A stretch of 64,000 nt of DNA from Pseudovirgaria hyperparasitica (lineage: Eukaryota): NCBI GenBank assembly GCA_010093815.1, contig ML996583.1. One strand, given 5' to 3'. The notes beneath the pieces are model-generated. The model did not search any database. It saw only the letters and a list, made by a program, of their open reading frames with translations, and had not been told where the DNA came from. The position numbers and the translations under genes are program-made. The first letter of the stretch is position 1; each line of letters begins with the position of its first letter. Positions 34,180 through 45,745 of this stretch are shown here, piece by piece.

Positions 34180-35230
34180 CGGTGTGTAGGCGAGTGCTGC
34201 ACGGGTACGAAGGGACAGACTTCCTATCAATCAGTTCAGTTCAACTTTGGGCATCTAGTTGAACTGGACTGAAGTACTTCAATCCTAGCCGTCGTAGAAT
34301 TGGATTGAACTGTCAATCCTAGTAGTAGAATTGAAGTTGAACTGGACTGGACTGAAGAATATTAGTAAGATTAGCTAAAAGTCTTAAAGATAGAAAAAAT
34401 TCATAGTATTTTGAGGCTATATATCTATATTACCTATATAGTAATTCTTAATATAAGTAAGTAATAGGCTAAAAGGAGACTATTTAGGTTATTAATATAT
34501 AGCTATTAGTAGAGAGACTCTATGTGGTTTTTTATATATGAGAGTGATGGATAAGTCACGTGATAGTCACGTGATTATCACGTGGCTTCACTTATTCCAT
34601 CACATGATGGCTCACGTGATATAGTCCATGATCGCTTACCTAGCAGGAGTCACATGCTTATTATGTGATCACGTCACATGACACATCACGTGACATTGAG
34701 TCACGTGACATCTTCCTCATGAATCTACCCGAATCACCTAACCTCAAGAGGATATCTACTAATATACCTATCTATATATAACTTCAGTTCAACTCAACTA
34801 TTAGCAACTCAATCCTACCCTAGAATTGAATTGGACTGAAGATCCAACCCTTGGCAAGAGGCCTCAGTTGAACTGGACTGAGTCAATTCTGGAGAGGCAG
34901 AATTGAAGTTGGACTGATTGATAGGAACTCTGCGAAGGGATAGAAGAGATACTTGTGCTGAAGTACACGTCAATACTTGACACGGTCGGCAACCAGGGCA
35001 TTTTCTGCGTAACCTAAGGCAAGCTAGACGAGGCAGAGAAGATATATATGAAGGATATGAGGAGGCACTCGGTACTGAGCTCGTCAATACGTATATCTCC
35101 GCCCTTAGTATATCAGGTAATATAGGAGACTTCGTCTCCCACAATAGGCGCAAGCACGCAAGATAAATGTACATAAGAGCTTTATCTGGATAAACGGTTG
35201 TCCTTGGTGCTGCACCTCTCGGCCGGCATT
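34180..35230 (+). pseudogene. Decayed TPR (NLR C-terminal) coding relic, interrupted by the hAT-type element
   Basis: Removing the element and one TSD gives RRVLHGYEGIEEILVLKYTSILDTVGNQG…*GKLDEAEKIY, then after a shift EGYEEALGTELVNTYISAL; compare ALQGYEEALGPKHASTLSVVNNLG…QGKLKLAEKMY…VDTYRAA in the neighbouring NLR. Confidence 0.7.
34216..34932. mobile_element. Non-autonomous hAT-type DNA transposon (MITE-like, 717 bp)
   Basis: TIRs CAGACTTCCTATCAATCAGT / CAGAGTTCCTATCAATCAGT (19 of 20 match); exact 8-bp TSD CGAAGGGA at 34208-34215 and 34933-34940; subterminal AACTGGACTG repeats; no transposase ORF; TpA-rich core. Confidence 0.92.
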
Positions 35231-35950
35231 TTTTCGTGACCATAAGTATCATCGAGGGTAGCAACGCGAATAGCATAACTTAGCTAGAAACAAATATGAA
35301 ATGCGCGTGATAAAACTTTAATACACTTTAAAGACCTATCTAAGTGTTCTATCGACTTTAAAATAATAATTACCGGCATAATAGGCTGGATATCGACGCT
35401 AAATTGGTTTTAGGGTATGGTCGTAAAGGTTGGTCTAGTGATTGCGCAAGCACCGGTGGAAGTTGGAACCCTAAGGAAACGTCGCAGGCGCGAGACAACT
35501 TCTTCCGTTTGACACATACGACGTAACAAGGCCGCAAATCAAAAGACTTCCCGAACCGAAAGCGAAAACTTATGAAGGAGCATTGCTACGGTATCTCGAA
35601 ATCTCTAGGGTCATATAAAGTGTTATCTCTACGGACGGATACGGAGATACGGAACGGCTAGAAGCTATGTGTAAGGAAATATATATATTCTGATTAGCGC
35701 TCTGTCAGACCAGGATATAATGCCGATGGTGTTAACATTACTACTTCGCTTTCTATAGAAATGGGAGAAGTCGCGCGGGCGGAATGCTATATGATCTAAA
35801 AGTCGGCCCGATCTATGGTAATTAGTATGGATAGTGTTTTAGCTAAGTCAGTCGTCTAACGGTCGTAGTGATTTGCGCCTGAAATAGAAGATATATTTTT
35901 CTGAACTCGACAAAGAATATATTTTTTTGGTGCTAAAATTGTGCATAGCA

Positions 35951-36042
35951 TCCGAATTGGTGTAGTGGCTAACATCGCTGTCTCTCATTGGTATTTTCCA
36001 ATCAGTACACAGCAGCCAGGGGTTCGATTCCCCTATTCGGAA
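35951..36042 (+). tRNA. tRNA-Glu(CTC) with 20-nt intron (35988-36007)
   Basis: Acceptor TCCGAAT/ATTCGGA, D arm TGGTGTAGTGGCTAACATC, anticodon stem GCTGT/ACAGC with CT-CTC-A, T arm AGGGG-TTCGATT-CCCCT, downstream T runs. Confidence 0.93.
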
Positions 36043-37305
36043 TATCCTTTTGGTTTTACGCCGAATATACCCACGTAGAATTCTTTTTATACTTCTAGCT
36101 AAGAAGGCTCAACATTAGGTTAAAAATGATCTAGTAATGTAAAGAGACGTTATTATAGATCAGTGCCTAGCTAGAGAGAGAGGTACGAGCCATTAGAATA
36201 AAATATCATTATAGATCTATCTATCCATATCACGTTACTACGGGACCGGCCGTAGCCTCTATGAATGCTCTAACGTCCCCTTTACTCCACGAACCTTCGA
36301 AACCAACGACGCATAGTCTTTCAACTAAGTTCGTAGTTTACATTAACTAGAGTGTCGATGGGAGGGAGGCTAAAGCAACGATCTAGACCGCTAAAAGCCG
36401 CCCTTTCATTCGCCCGATTAGCGCAGACAAGATCCCAGCTGTACGCAATTCATTGCTGCCATCCCACAATTTCTTCATCGCTTTACTGTGCGTATCACGT
36501 CTCCCACACGATTTTCGTCCTCTTGTAAAGTGGGAGGAAACTATAAGCATTCCTAACATGGCCAGCGTCGGTTGTTGACTGCCGGGAAGTGATGGCTGAG
36601 AGTCTACTTTTATTAGCTTGTATATAGATATAGAAAAATAATGAAATCATTCTCATCCCGAGGTTTCATTAGTTAAGCACGTATCTTACTAGTCTATATG
36701 GATAGCTTGGTTTGTGACTTGTAACAGTATTGCCAAGCCGGGCACGTGCCATGTCTGAGCATTCCTCACCCGTTCACTCGTTCCTCAGCCGAATTGAGCC
36801 TGAGTTCATGCCACGCCAACGTTTCAATATGCCATCCCTGTCTACCAACGAACATACATAGGATAGCGGCTGACTTGCAGCTAGGACCAACTGACAGTGA
36901 CACGGACTTGAGTGGCCCACAGTCTACAGTGCTCGAGAAGATTATGCCATCCCGGGAACGCCGTAATCACAATGTTGTTTGAAAACGCTATGCGGGCTAT
37001 GTCACTGGTCATCGAGCTCCACAGTGGCACGACATTCACTCCTGACATGCACGAAAACGATCCCACGCCGTGTCGGGTGGTCTGCTAGAATTCCATAATC
37101 CTTGGTATCATGCTGTAGCCCCCCCCCTCCTTCCTCACGGCGAAATTATTAACGCCGTCGGCGACAGCAGTGACACACTTCAGGCTCAAGCACATTCCGA
37201 GTGCCACAATAACAGAAGCTTTCCGTCCGTGAACCTCGAGAAATCTCGTCGATGTTCTCCACTTCGATCTTTGTGTCCACGTTCGTCGCCTTCTCGCGCC
37301 TTGAT

Positions 37306-39488
37306 ATGTGTCCACGCTTCTTATGCCTTCTCCTCGTGGACGTATTCATTTCCTGTCCGTTCGTTAATGCGATATCCGTGAAGAGCAACATATTGGTGAT
37401 AGCCCAGAACGACAATACACTATCCACGGCGGATGCTGTCCTGAAAGGATACGGGATTCCATACACCAACGAGCTGATAGCCACATCGACCGACAGTCTC
37501 CCTAGTCTCAATGACTCCGCGACCAGTGGCAATTATGGAGGTTTTATCGTCCATGGCACCGCCCTGAGTACTGGACAGCTGCAACAGATCTACAGTTACC
37601 AAGCAGCGTTTGGTGTTCGAATGGTCCGATGGGATGTCGTGCCCACAGCAGAGTTTGGAATGGCAGAGGCACGTAGTGGCTGCTGCAACTTAGGGACAGA
37701 ACAGTTGGTCTCCATCACCGATACTACGTTCTTTCCCACGGCTGGGTACAAGACCGGAGCCGGCATTACAACAGAACAACTGTGGCATACACCAGGAACG
37801 ATTGCAAACTCCTCGATTGCTACAGAGGTGGCACAGTTCGCCAGTGCTGGAACCTTCAAGACTTCTACCACCGCAGCAGTGGTCAATAAGATTGGAAACA
37901 GAGAGCAGCTGGTCTGGTTTATGCCCTTCGAGGCCGCATGGTCCGTCACTTCGCATATCCTAATGCATTCCTGGGTTCACTTCTTGACCCGGGGAATCTA
38001 CACCGGCTTCAGACGCGTCAACCTTGGCACCCAAGTCGACGACGTCCATCTAGTAACAGGCCTATATTCACCCAAGGGCTCAACTTTCCGGCTGCGCGCC
38101 CAAGATCTCGAGATACACAAGACATGGCTTCCGACCATCATCTCCAAGATGAACCCAGGATCCAACTTCTACATCGAACTAGCTCACAACGGCAACGGCA
38201 ACGTTGCAAACGCCTCCTCCCTCAACTCGAGAACATGCAGTCCAGGCGCCATCACCTACACACCCAACCCCGAGACGACGGTAGAGTTCGTCAAGCCCCC
38301 AGGCACAGGAACAAACGTCTGGCCCAGCAGCCCAACATCCTTCTCCTGGACGACGCAATGCCTCGCCCTCGACACAATGGAGCAATGGTTCGCCGCGGCC
38401 GCCAACCTCAACACCTTCGCCCACCTCTCCCACACCTTCACCCACCTCTCCCTCAACAACGCCACCTACGCCGACACCGCCCGCGAAATCGCCTTCAACA
38501 AGGCCTGGCTCACCGCCTCCGGCATCGCCAGCGCAACACACTTCTCCCCAAACGGCCTCGTGCCCCCCGCCATCACAGGCCTCCACAACCTCGACGCCCT
38601 CCAAGCCTGGCTCGACAACGGCATCTCCTCCGCCGTCGGCGACAACACCCGCACAAGCCTCCTCAACACCCAAAACGAACACTGGCGTAAGCAATCCCCC
38701 TTAACCACACACAAACATACATCCCTAACCAATCCCCACCCCAGCACTCCTCCTCACCGCCCCAGCCCCCTTCACCATCATCCCCCGCTGGGCCACAAAC
38801 ATCTACTTCAACTGCGACCTGCCCGCCTGCATCGAGGTCGAGTACCGCGACGCCTCGGGCGGCACGGCAGCCACATTTGCACAGGTGCTCGACATCGAGC
38901 GCGAGACGAACGTGCGGCACCTGTTTGCGCTGCGGCGCGACCCGTTCATGTTCCATCAGGCGAACATGCGTGCCGTGGACGTGGCGGGCGGGAAGAGCCT
39001 GTTGATGACGTGGATTGAGACTGTGGTGGGGGAGTTTGTGCGCATGTAGGTCTTCTCCCTCCCCCCTTTTTTTGTTTCCCTTCCCCCCCCCCCCTTTTTT
39101 TACCGCTCACGTCGTTCTCATTTGCTGAGAGGGATGCTGATTGACTGACTGACCGTGTGTAAACAGAGTATCCTGGCCCATTCTCACGCTCACTCACGAC
39201 GCCCTTGCGCAGGCCTTCCTCGCTCGGCGCACGCGCGACATGTGTGAGCCCTCGTTGGTGTATAATCTGAATGCCGCGGGCAACGCCATCGAGAGCGTGA
39301 CGGTGTCGGCTACGAACATGAATTGCGCTAGTCCGATCCCGGTCTCACTACCAGGAGATGTGGTAAGTCGCGGGACGGCGACGGCGGAGCAGGTTGGGAG
39401 CGACCCGTTGACACTGTGGGTGCAGCTGGCAGGCACAGCGCAGACATTTGTGCTGACGAGCAGCGTACCCGTCGTTCGAGGCTCTTGA
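37306..39488 (+). CDS. Agd3-like secreted polysaccharide (galactosaminogalactan-type) deacetylase
   Basis: Signal peptide; GNYGGFIV, TQVDDVHL, HNGNGN, HLSHTFTH, PPAITGLHN, VGDNTR, PRWATNIYFNCD, DPFMFHQANMR; introns 38687-38744 and 39046-39166 splice in frame. Confidence 0.85.
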
Positions 39489-40002
39489 ATAGACTCTGGC
39501 AGAAAAGCGGTACATATACTATGGTGTCTCAAGTCACACAGTAGCACATAATATAACTGTCGAAGTTCAACTTCATTCTACTACATCTGTTCTCTCTTCC
39601 AGCCCTTGAACCCAATTTTCTCCTCAATACGAGTTACAAGGTCTATATCGCCCTGTACGAGCGTAAAATAAGGTGAATAAGGCTAAAAACCAAACGCAAG
39701 TCAACAACAACCGCACATTAAAGGAGAGACTTGTGGAAGTCCACCAGCAAGACACCATGTCATAACATGCTTGGCGCTGTCGCGGCGCTATGCGGGTATG
39801 CAACCAAAGAAAGTGAGACGTCTTAAGCAAAGTGTTAGGAGTTATAGAGATAGCAGTAAAATGCCAAGGTGGTAGTACTAAACATGACAAGGAGAAGATC
39901 GCTCAATCAGCAGATAGGAACCGGGTATGCACAGTTGGAACCTTTTTTCCGTCGCGCCTGTATTCACACGTTCACGTTGGAGTCGTTATAAAGACGCAAG
40001 TC

Positions 40003-42278
40003 CTAGTAGGCCTGGCCTCGAAAGCCGCCTTGCGGTGGTCCCATCTCGATGTCGGGCAACCGTGGGACGCGTGTTGCTGGTGGACTGATGCTCCTGTGTG
40101 AACCCCGACCACCAAAGCTTGCGGCTTCATCAAGTAGGCCACGGCGCGTCTCGCTTGGGTTGCGAGTATGACGATCGTGGTCATGGTCACGGTATGACGT
40201 ATCAAGATGGTCGACCGAGTCGTAGCCGTTGTGGTTTAGAGGAGCAGCGGACACCATGGGATGACGGCTGTCGTCATGGCCTTTGTACTCGGTCGTGTCC
40301 ATAAGGAGAGAGTTGCGCGCATCGAGAGGAGTGAGGTTGTCGAGATCACGGTTGAGTTTTTCTATACTGGGTTAGTATTGTCCTGATAATAACAATGTTA
40401 ATACATACCGGCCTCCTTTCTCTTCTTCCTGTGTGGGTTGTCCTTGCAGCACATAATGATGGCATTGACTGCAATGAGGATCGCAAGAGCACCTGTCAAT
40501 GTGGACTGGACAACAATCAAAACAACGCCGGTAACGGTTTGAGTGGTTTGGGAAAGACCAAGCTCCTCAACAAAGACCAGGATGCAGACGACAGACAGTA
40601 CACGAACAACCTGGATAAAGATGTTGATCCAGTTGCCAGACTTTAGAGTATATGGACGAGACCACAAGAGAAGACCTAGCAGTAGGGACTCAATGATGAT
40701 CTGACCACCAGTTTGGACAAGTCCGTGGCCGTTGGCACCTGCAATAACACAGCCCTTGGCAAACATGTAAATGATTGCGGGAACGAAGATCCACCAGTAG
40801 CTCTTCTTGTAGCTGTCATAAAACAAGCTGTACTTGATCCATGTGTCTTTGTTCTCGTACAAGCCGGACACGTCGCCTTCAGACCTCTTGTACTTGTTTG
40901 CAAGCTGGTAGATGCGGAACGTGAAGAATCCGAGGACCGCGGTAAACATAGCGAGGGTGACGCCGGCTAGTGTCTTTGCTGCCCAGGAATCGCCATTGGT
41001 GAATTGGTAGACACAGTACAAAACCCACACGCCGTAAAGGATAAGAATCAAGTTGGTGATAGTCTTGGCCACGAGCCACCAGTACCGTTTCCTGAAGCCA
41101 GTGAGGCCTTTGGGGAACGTGCCAAAGAGAGCCCAAGTCTCGAGAATGACTTTGAATAGCAGTATGCCGACGATAATGGCACCAACAACACAGGCAAAAA
41201 CCAAGAGGATGGTCATAAAGGTGTTGGCTTGTGGGATAGTAAGCGCTTCGACGTAGCCCTGTATGTTGGCAACCAAGTGTTGGTTCTTTCCTTCGCTTTC
41301 TTGAGCACCGGCGTCAGTGTTGTTGTCGGAACCGACTTGTAGATCGTCTCTGCCAAACAGAGACAGCGAGTCGAGGCTGCGCTTGCTCACCGTGTTCTTT
41401 GTGTATACTAGTGTAGAGTTTCGGAGGTAGGCCACGCTGTCTTCAGTAAGATTACCACCAGTCTTTGCACGGAAGTTGTCGATACTTGTCTGCAGACCGT
41501 CCCAAGTGACCAGACCCGAGCTGAAGGCAAAGTTCCGGCTGAAACTTTGATAGACCTGAGGGTACTTGACCGACATCATGCCGTTCAGAGCAATGCCCTG
41601 GAACCATCCCATAGTCTCACCGAATGTAGGACTCGGCGTAGGAGTACCCGGGTTGCCCGCTGCACCCAGGGCGGTCAGACCGGAGAGAACAAGTGCGGCT
41701 CCAGCCATACCTGCGGTGACATAGGACACCGCGGCAACATCGAAACTCTTGCCATTGTTGACTGTGGATTGGATACATGAGAGAATTTCACCACTATCCT
41801 TAGTCTTTAATTCAAGTGTTGCCATTCCATCGAGGTTAGGAACGGTGAAAGCGATGGCAGGGATCTTGTTTAAGTATTCTTCAGGAATGCTCTGAATGCC
41901 GCTGGCTGAGAAATGCCCCTGTGGAACTGTAGTAAAGTTAGTTTGGATAGGCGTTTAGTTCAATAGAGGCTTACTTGGACACATTTGATCCACCTTGTTC
42001 GCCTCGTCACAAGGGTCAAAGTCTTTCTTATAAACCTCTTTACCATATGCAGTCACGATGATGGTACCCGTGACCTTTTGTTCCTTCAGACTGGTACCAG
42101 CGACGTCGAAGTTGACGACGTTTGCACCTTTGCTGTACTCGATGTTGACCTTCTGGACACTGACGTCTGTATTGGCAGCACAGTTGCTGAAGCCCTCGGT
42201 CCTGAGAACATCGTCTGCAACTGCAGTAGAGGCCAATAAGAGCGTAGAGCCCAGTAGTGAGGATACCGTTATCCTCAT
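40003..42278 (-). CDS. FLC/TRP-like (Pkd2/spray family) membrane protein
   Basis: Signal peptide, ML-like N-domain (DPCD…QMCP), GWFQGIALNGMMSVKYPQVYQSFSRNFAFS, many TM helices, cytosolic tail RDLDNLTPLDARNSLL; introns 41927-41974 and 40362-40408. Confidence 0.88.
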
Positions 42279-45247
42279 CCTGTATATGTGTTTGCGATAG
42301 GTGAAGAGTGTTTTGCTGATGCCAACAGATGGCAGGCGTTACAGTCGTGAACCCAGGCGAGATGTTGGGTTCTTGTAATGGATCGTGATGGATTCGAAGT
42401 CGAATGTGGAAGACAAAGAAACAAAAAGGTGTATTAAACGTAAGGTGTGGGCCACGCAGGATCAACCTTTGTCGCGGCGAAGAAAGGTGAAAGGGGCGAG
42501 ATGAAGATGCTGATGGAAGGTTGGAGAGCGTGATCGTGAGGTCGCCCGAGATGGTGAGGAGTCAGAACGAATGTAAGAAGATGGAGAGACTTGAAACGAG
42601 AGAGGTGAGAGAGGGGTGAGGAATGGAGAGAGAGAGTAAGGCTTGGAACGAACGAAGGCGTGAGAGAGAGAGATGCAGAGAGAAGCAGAAGTAAAGGTGT
42701 GGAAGCGACAAGAGGACGAGCGGTAGCGTATTGTGTTTCGAAATTGGGAGCGCGACGGATGATTGGACAGGAGGGCGGGCTAATTGCTAGTTGCTGGAGT
42801 TGCTGGAGTCGCTAGCCGCTATTTGCCCGGATCGTGTGCGTAAACCCCTGGCGCCTCGATGCCCCAAAAGTCCAAATCACAAAAACATTAACTAATTAAT
42901 AGTGCGAGCGGGCTGTTGGGACTTGGGCCCTTGCTTTGAAGACTGTGGCCCACTCTATCCTCGCCCCTCGCAGTAAGATGCACGATTTTCGGTACGGGAC
43001 AGCGTCTTTTGAGTAGGGCGCGCGGTGTGGAAGATGTGAGATATCTGGCGATCAAACACGACGAGGTAACAGCAGACCAGCGTCCTTTTCAGTCAGATCA
43101 GAGACACGCAGAGCTGGCGTTGATGGCTCATCAGCTGGACAGAATACGAAGCCTTTCTCTGCTGCAACTGCAACTATAACTCCAGCTTGACGGTGAGTGG
43201 GCGTGGGACGTGGGCCCGCGATATGCGTGGCTTGCGCCGGAGCTTATTAGATTCTAGAGGGTCTAATGGCAACATGGCCGCTTGGGGATGACCCGCTGCT
43301 ACTACCTCCCCCCTAAAAGGCATGACCCGCCCTAACTTTTGGCGAGTACCTGCCTAAATACCGTGCAATTAGGGGTCTCTGGTGCCGTCTGGCCGCCAGT
43401 TCCAGCGCATCTCCGCGCCCCCGACTTCCAGGCTGCGACTCTTTGTGCATGACAGCCGTTGCGGGACAATGGGAGTCGGGACATAGATGTAACAGCATGC
43501 ACAATTATCCCTCCGATATGGCCGCAATCTCGCGCCTTGACTTCTTCGAGGACATGATACAACAGCTGTCAAGAAGAATTACCGAGTACATGTGTCGTTA
43601 TTGTCGCATGGCACACTGCTCAATGCGTGTTGCACACACACACATGTTACGTTGCTGAGATCCACCGTCACCATAACATCCATTTTTCCTAGCAACAGCG
43701 AGCAAGGGCCAGGAGTGGCTAGAGGCAATAATCTTGGAATGGAACCGCGTGGCAGTGCAGCTCTGGCAGTTTCCATTCCTGATGCGCCTATTTTTGTCCA
43801 CCTTGCCCCATGCCGTTGGCCCGTTGTACATCGCAGAAATAGATCGAGGGAATTGACATTACTGTGACAATAGCAGAATATGAAGAGCATCTTCTTGTCC
43901 ATCATTCTTTCAGAGCGAAGGCCCGTGTTATCGTTTTGTGGCGCAGACATCCTTAGGAGCCTCGAGCATTGACCTTGTCGAGCTTCATTTCAATCATCAA
44001 CCAGTCCCAGTACTATGTATAATGCAGATTGCAACCTCACGCCTATGCCAGACACCTCAACAAAAGAGACAGCAGCGGCGACTTGCATGACAATGACATC
44101 CTTCGCCTCGTTTCAAGAGTCGAGATAACATCTTGGCCGCCAGCCAAGCGCCACAACCACTCTATGTTGATATCGGGAAAATTATGCTCTATTTGGACAG
44201 TTTTATTCTGTATAGAACACTATTATTACTTGTATAATGAATATTCTACCCCCTTTATGTTCAAATGCAAAGTACTCAAGTACGATGGTGACGATGTATT
44301 CTACACCCTCGCGCGCTGCCCCGAAGGATTCTGCATGCACCGTCATACCGCTCCTCAGCCCCTCACATTTCACTCTCAGCCTCAAAATCTCGTCAGTTCC
44401 ATCGTCACTCATGACATCGCTTCGCTGGTCACATTCTTGGAGTGGAAAGCGAAATACCTGGTACTAAAAATGCAACGTAAACTTTAAGTGCGAGGGCTCA
44501 TCAATCATCCATCCCCACATGCCTTCGATCAAAGAGCTAAACTGTCCATATTTAGAGACGGCCGAGTGGGTTTCTCATGATAGGCGTCCTGATACGTAAG
44601 CAGATTACTGTCTCACTGCGTTTTCAACTTCTTCTAGACACGTCACACACACCACTCACTATGTGTCTCTCCTGCCCAAATGAGAGCTGTGCCTAACCAA
44701 CTCACTACGTTGTGATTTGCTACTCTGTGATGAAACTGCTGGCCCTGGCTAAGATCTATACATCTATGTAAACTCCTCCTCGTGCTCAAAATCTCCGTCT
44801 CTATCGTCCATCTACCTCTGAAATGATGAATAGCGAAGAAGTGTAATAGAGTTGAAAAGCGTACAGTTCTTGGACTGTATCAACGACTAATAGCTCAGCG
44901 ATATAGCGCGCACGCAATACGTCCGATGGGATTTTCCAAGTCGGGCTTCATGTGACCACGTAACATGTTTTGGTCAGTTTACAAATTTGTCACTGCTCGA
45001 TGTGCTCGCAACGAAAGTCGCTTGTCCCTACATTGATCTCCGACGACTTCGATCGAACCTCAGGGATTGGGATAGGCCTGTTACTTGTTCGTGCAAGGCC
45101 TCGATCATATCTGACATATGATCTGTTCGAGTACGCACATACAACACTTGATCCATGATGGACATGTCTGCAAGTTGAGCTTCGGTGACGATCTGTCTGC
45201 AAAGATCATCAACACGGCACTCAACGCTCTAGAATCCAGATATGGGC

Positions 45248-45745
45248 CTACATGTTGTCATTGACATAGCTCCTCGCGATCTCGATATCCCTCTCTGCTT
45301 TGCCGAGTCTCGTGATAAGCGTCTCCTTGAACCACAGATATCGCAGCAGACTCTTGAATCGCGTCCGGCGATGTATGTCCAAGCCCGGCACCATCAGTCG
45401 ATCGAAAAGGCTGTTGAAGGCGAACATGGATGCCATAGCAGATTGGACAAGACCGACTGCAGTATCTAAATCTCTGCCTCGGGGGCCTGTCACGTCCTGT
45501 TCTAGACATTTCGATATTGTCTGCTGGACTTTCTCGATCGTGGCGACGTGCACTCCGAAGCGTTGTTTGGCTTCTCGCATTTCCACGGCTGACTGGCGTG
45601 CATCTTGGCTTAGTTGGTATAGTACCAAGTATGTACCTGTCAGGACGGCATAGGCGAACGTGAGGATGCCGGTTATGCTAGCGGCGACGGATAGGTTGCT
45701 GTCATTGCAGTCTAGAATGATAGTCGAGTTTGGTGAGACCTCCAT
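45248..45745 (-). CDS. Hypothetical helical protein with N-terminal hydrophobic helix
   Basis: 165-aa ATG-initiated ORF, LSVAASITGILTFAYAVL followed by predicted coiled helices. Confidence 0.5.
   Translation of the reverse strand: MEVSPNSTIILDCNDSNLSVAASITGILTFAYAVLTGTYLVLYQLSQDARQSAVEMREAKQRFGVHVATIEKVQQTISKCLEQDVTGPRGRDLDTAVGLVQSAMASMFAFNSLFDRLMVPGLDIHRRTRFKSLLRYLWFKETLITRLGKAERDIEIARSYVNDNM

Noticed and set aside
1..36000. Starship element call for the accessory block
   Set aside because: No captain recombinase or terminal repeats visible; kept only as a hypothesis in the boundary finding.
37938..39018. Overlapping Arg/His/Pro-rich ORFs within the Agd3-like gene
   Set aside because: Alternative-frame artefacts of C-rich codon usage and intron read-through.
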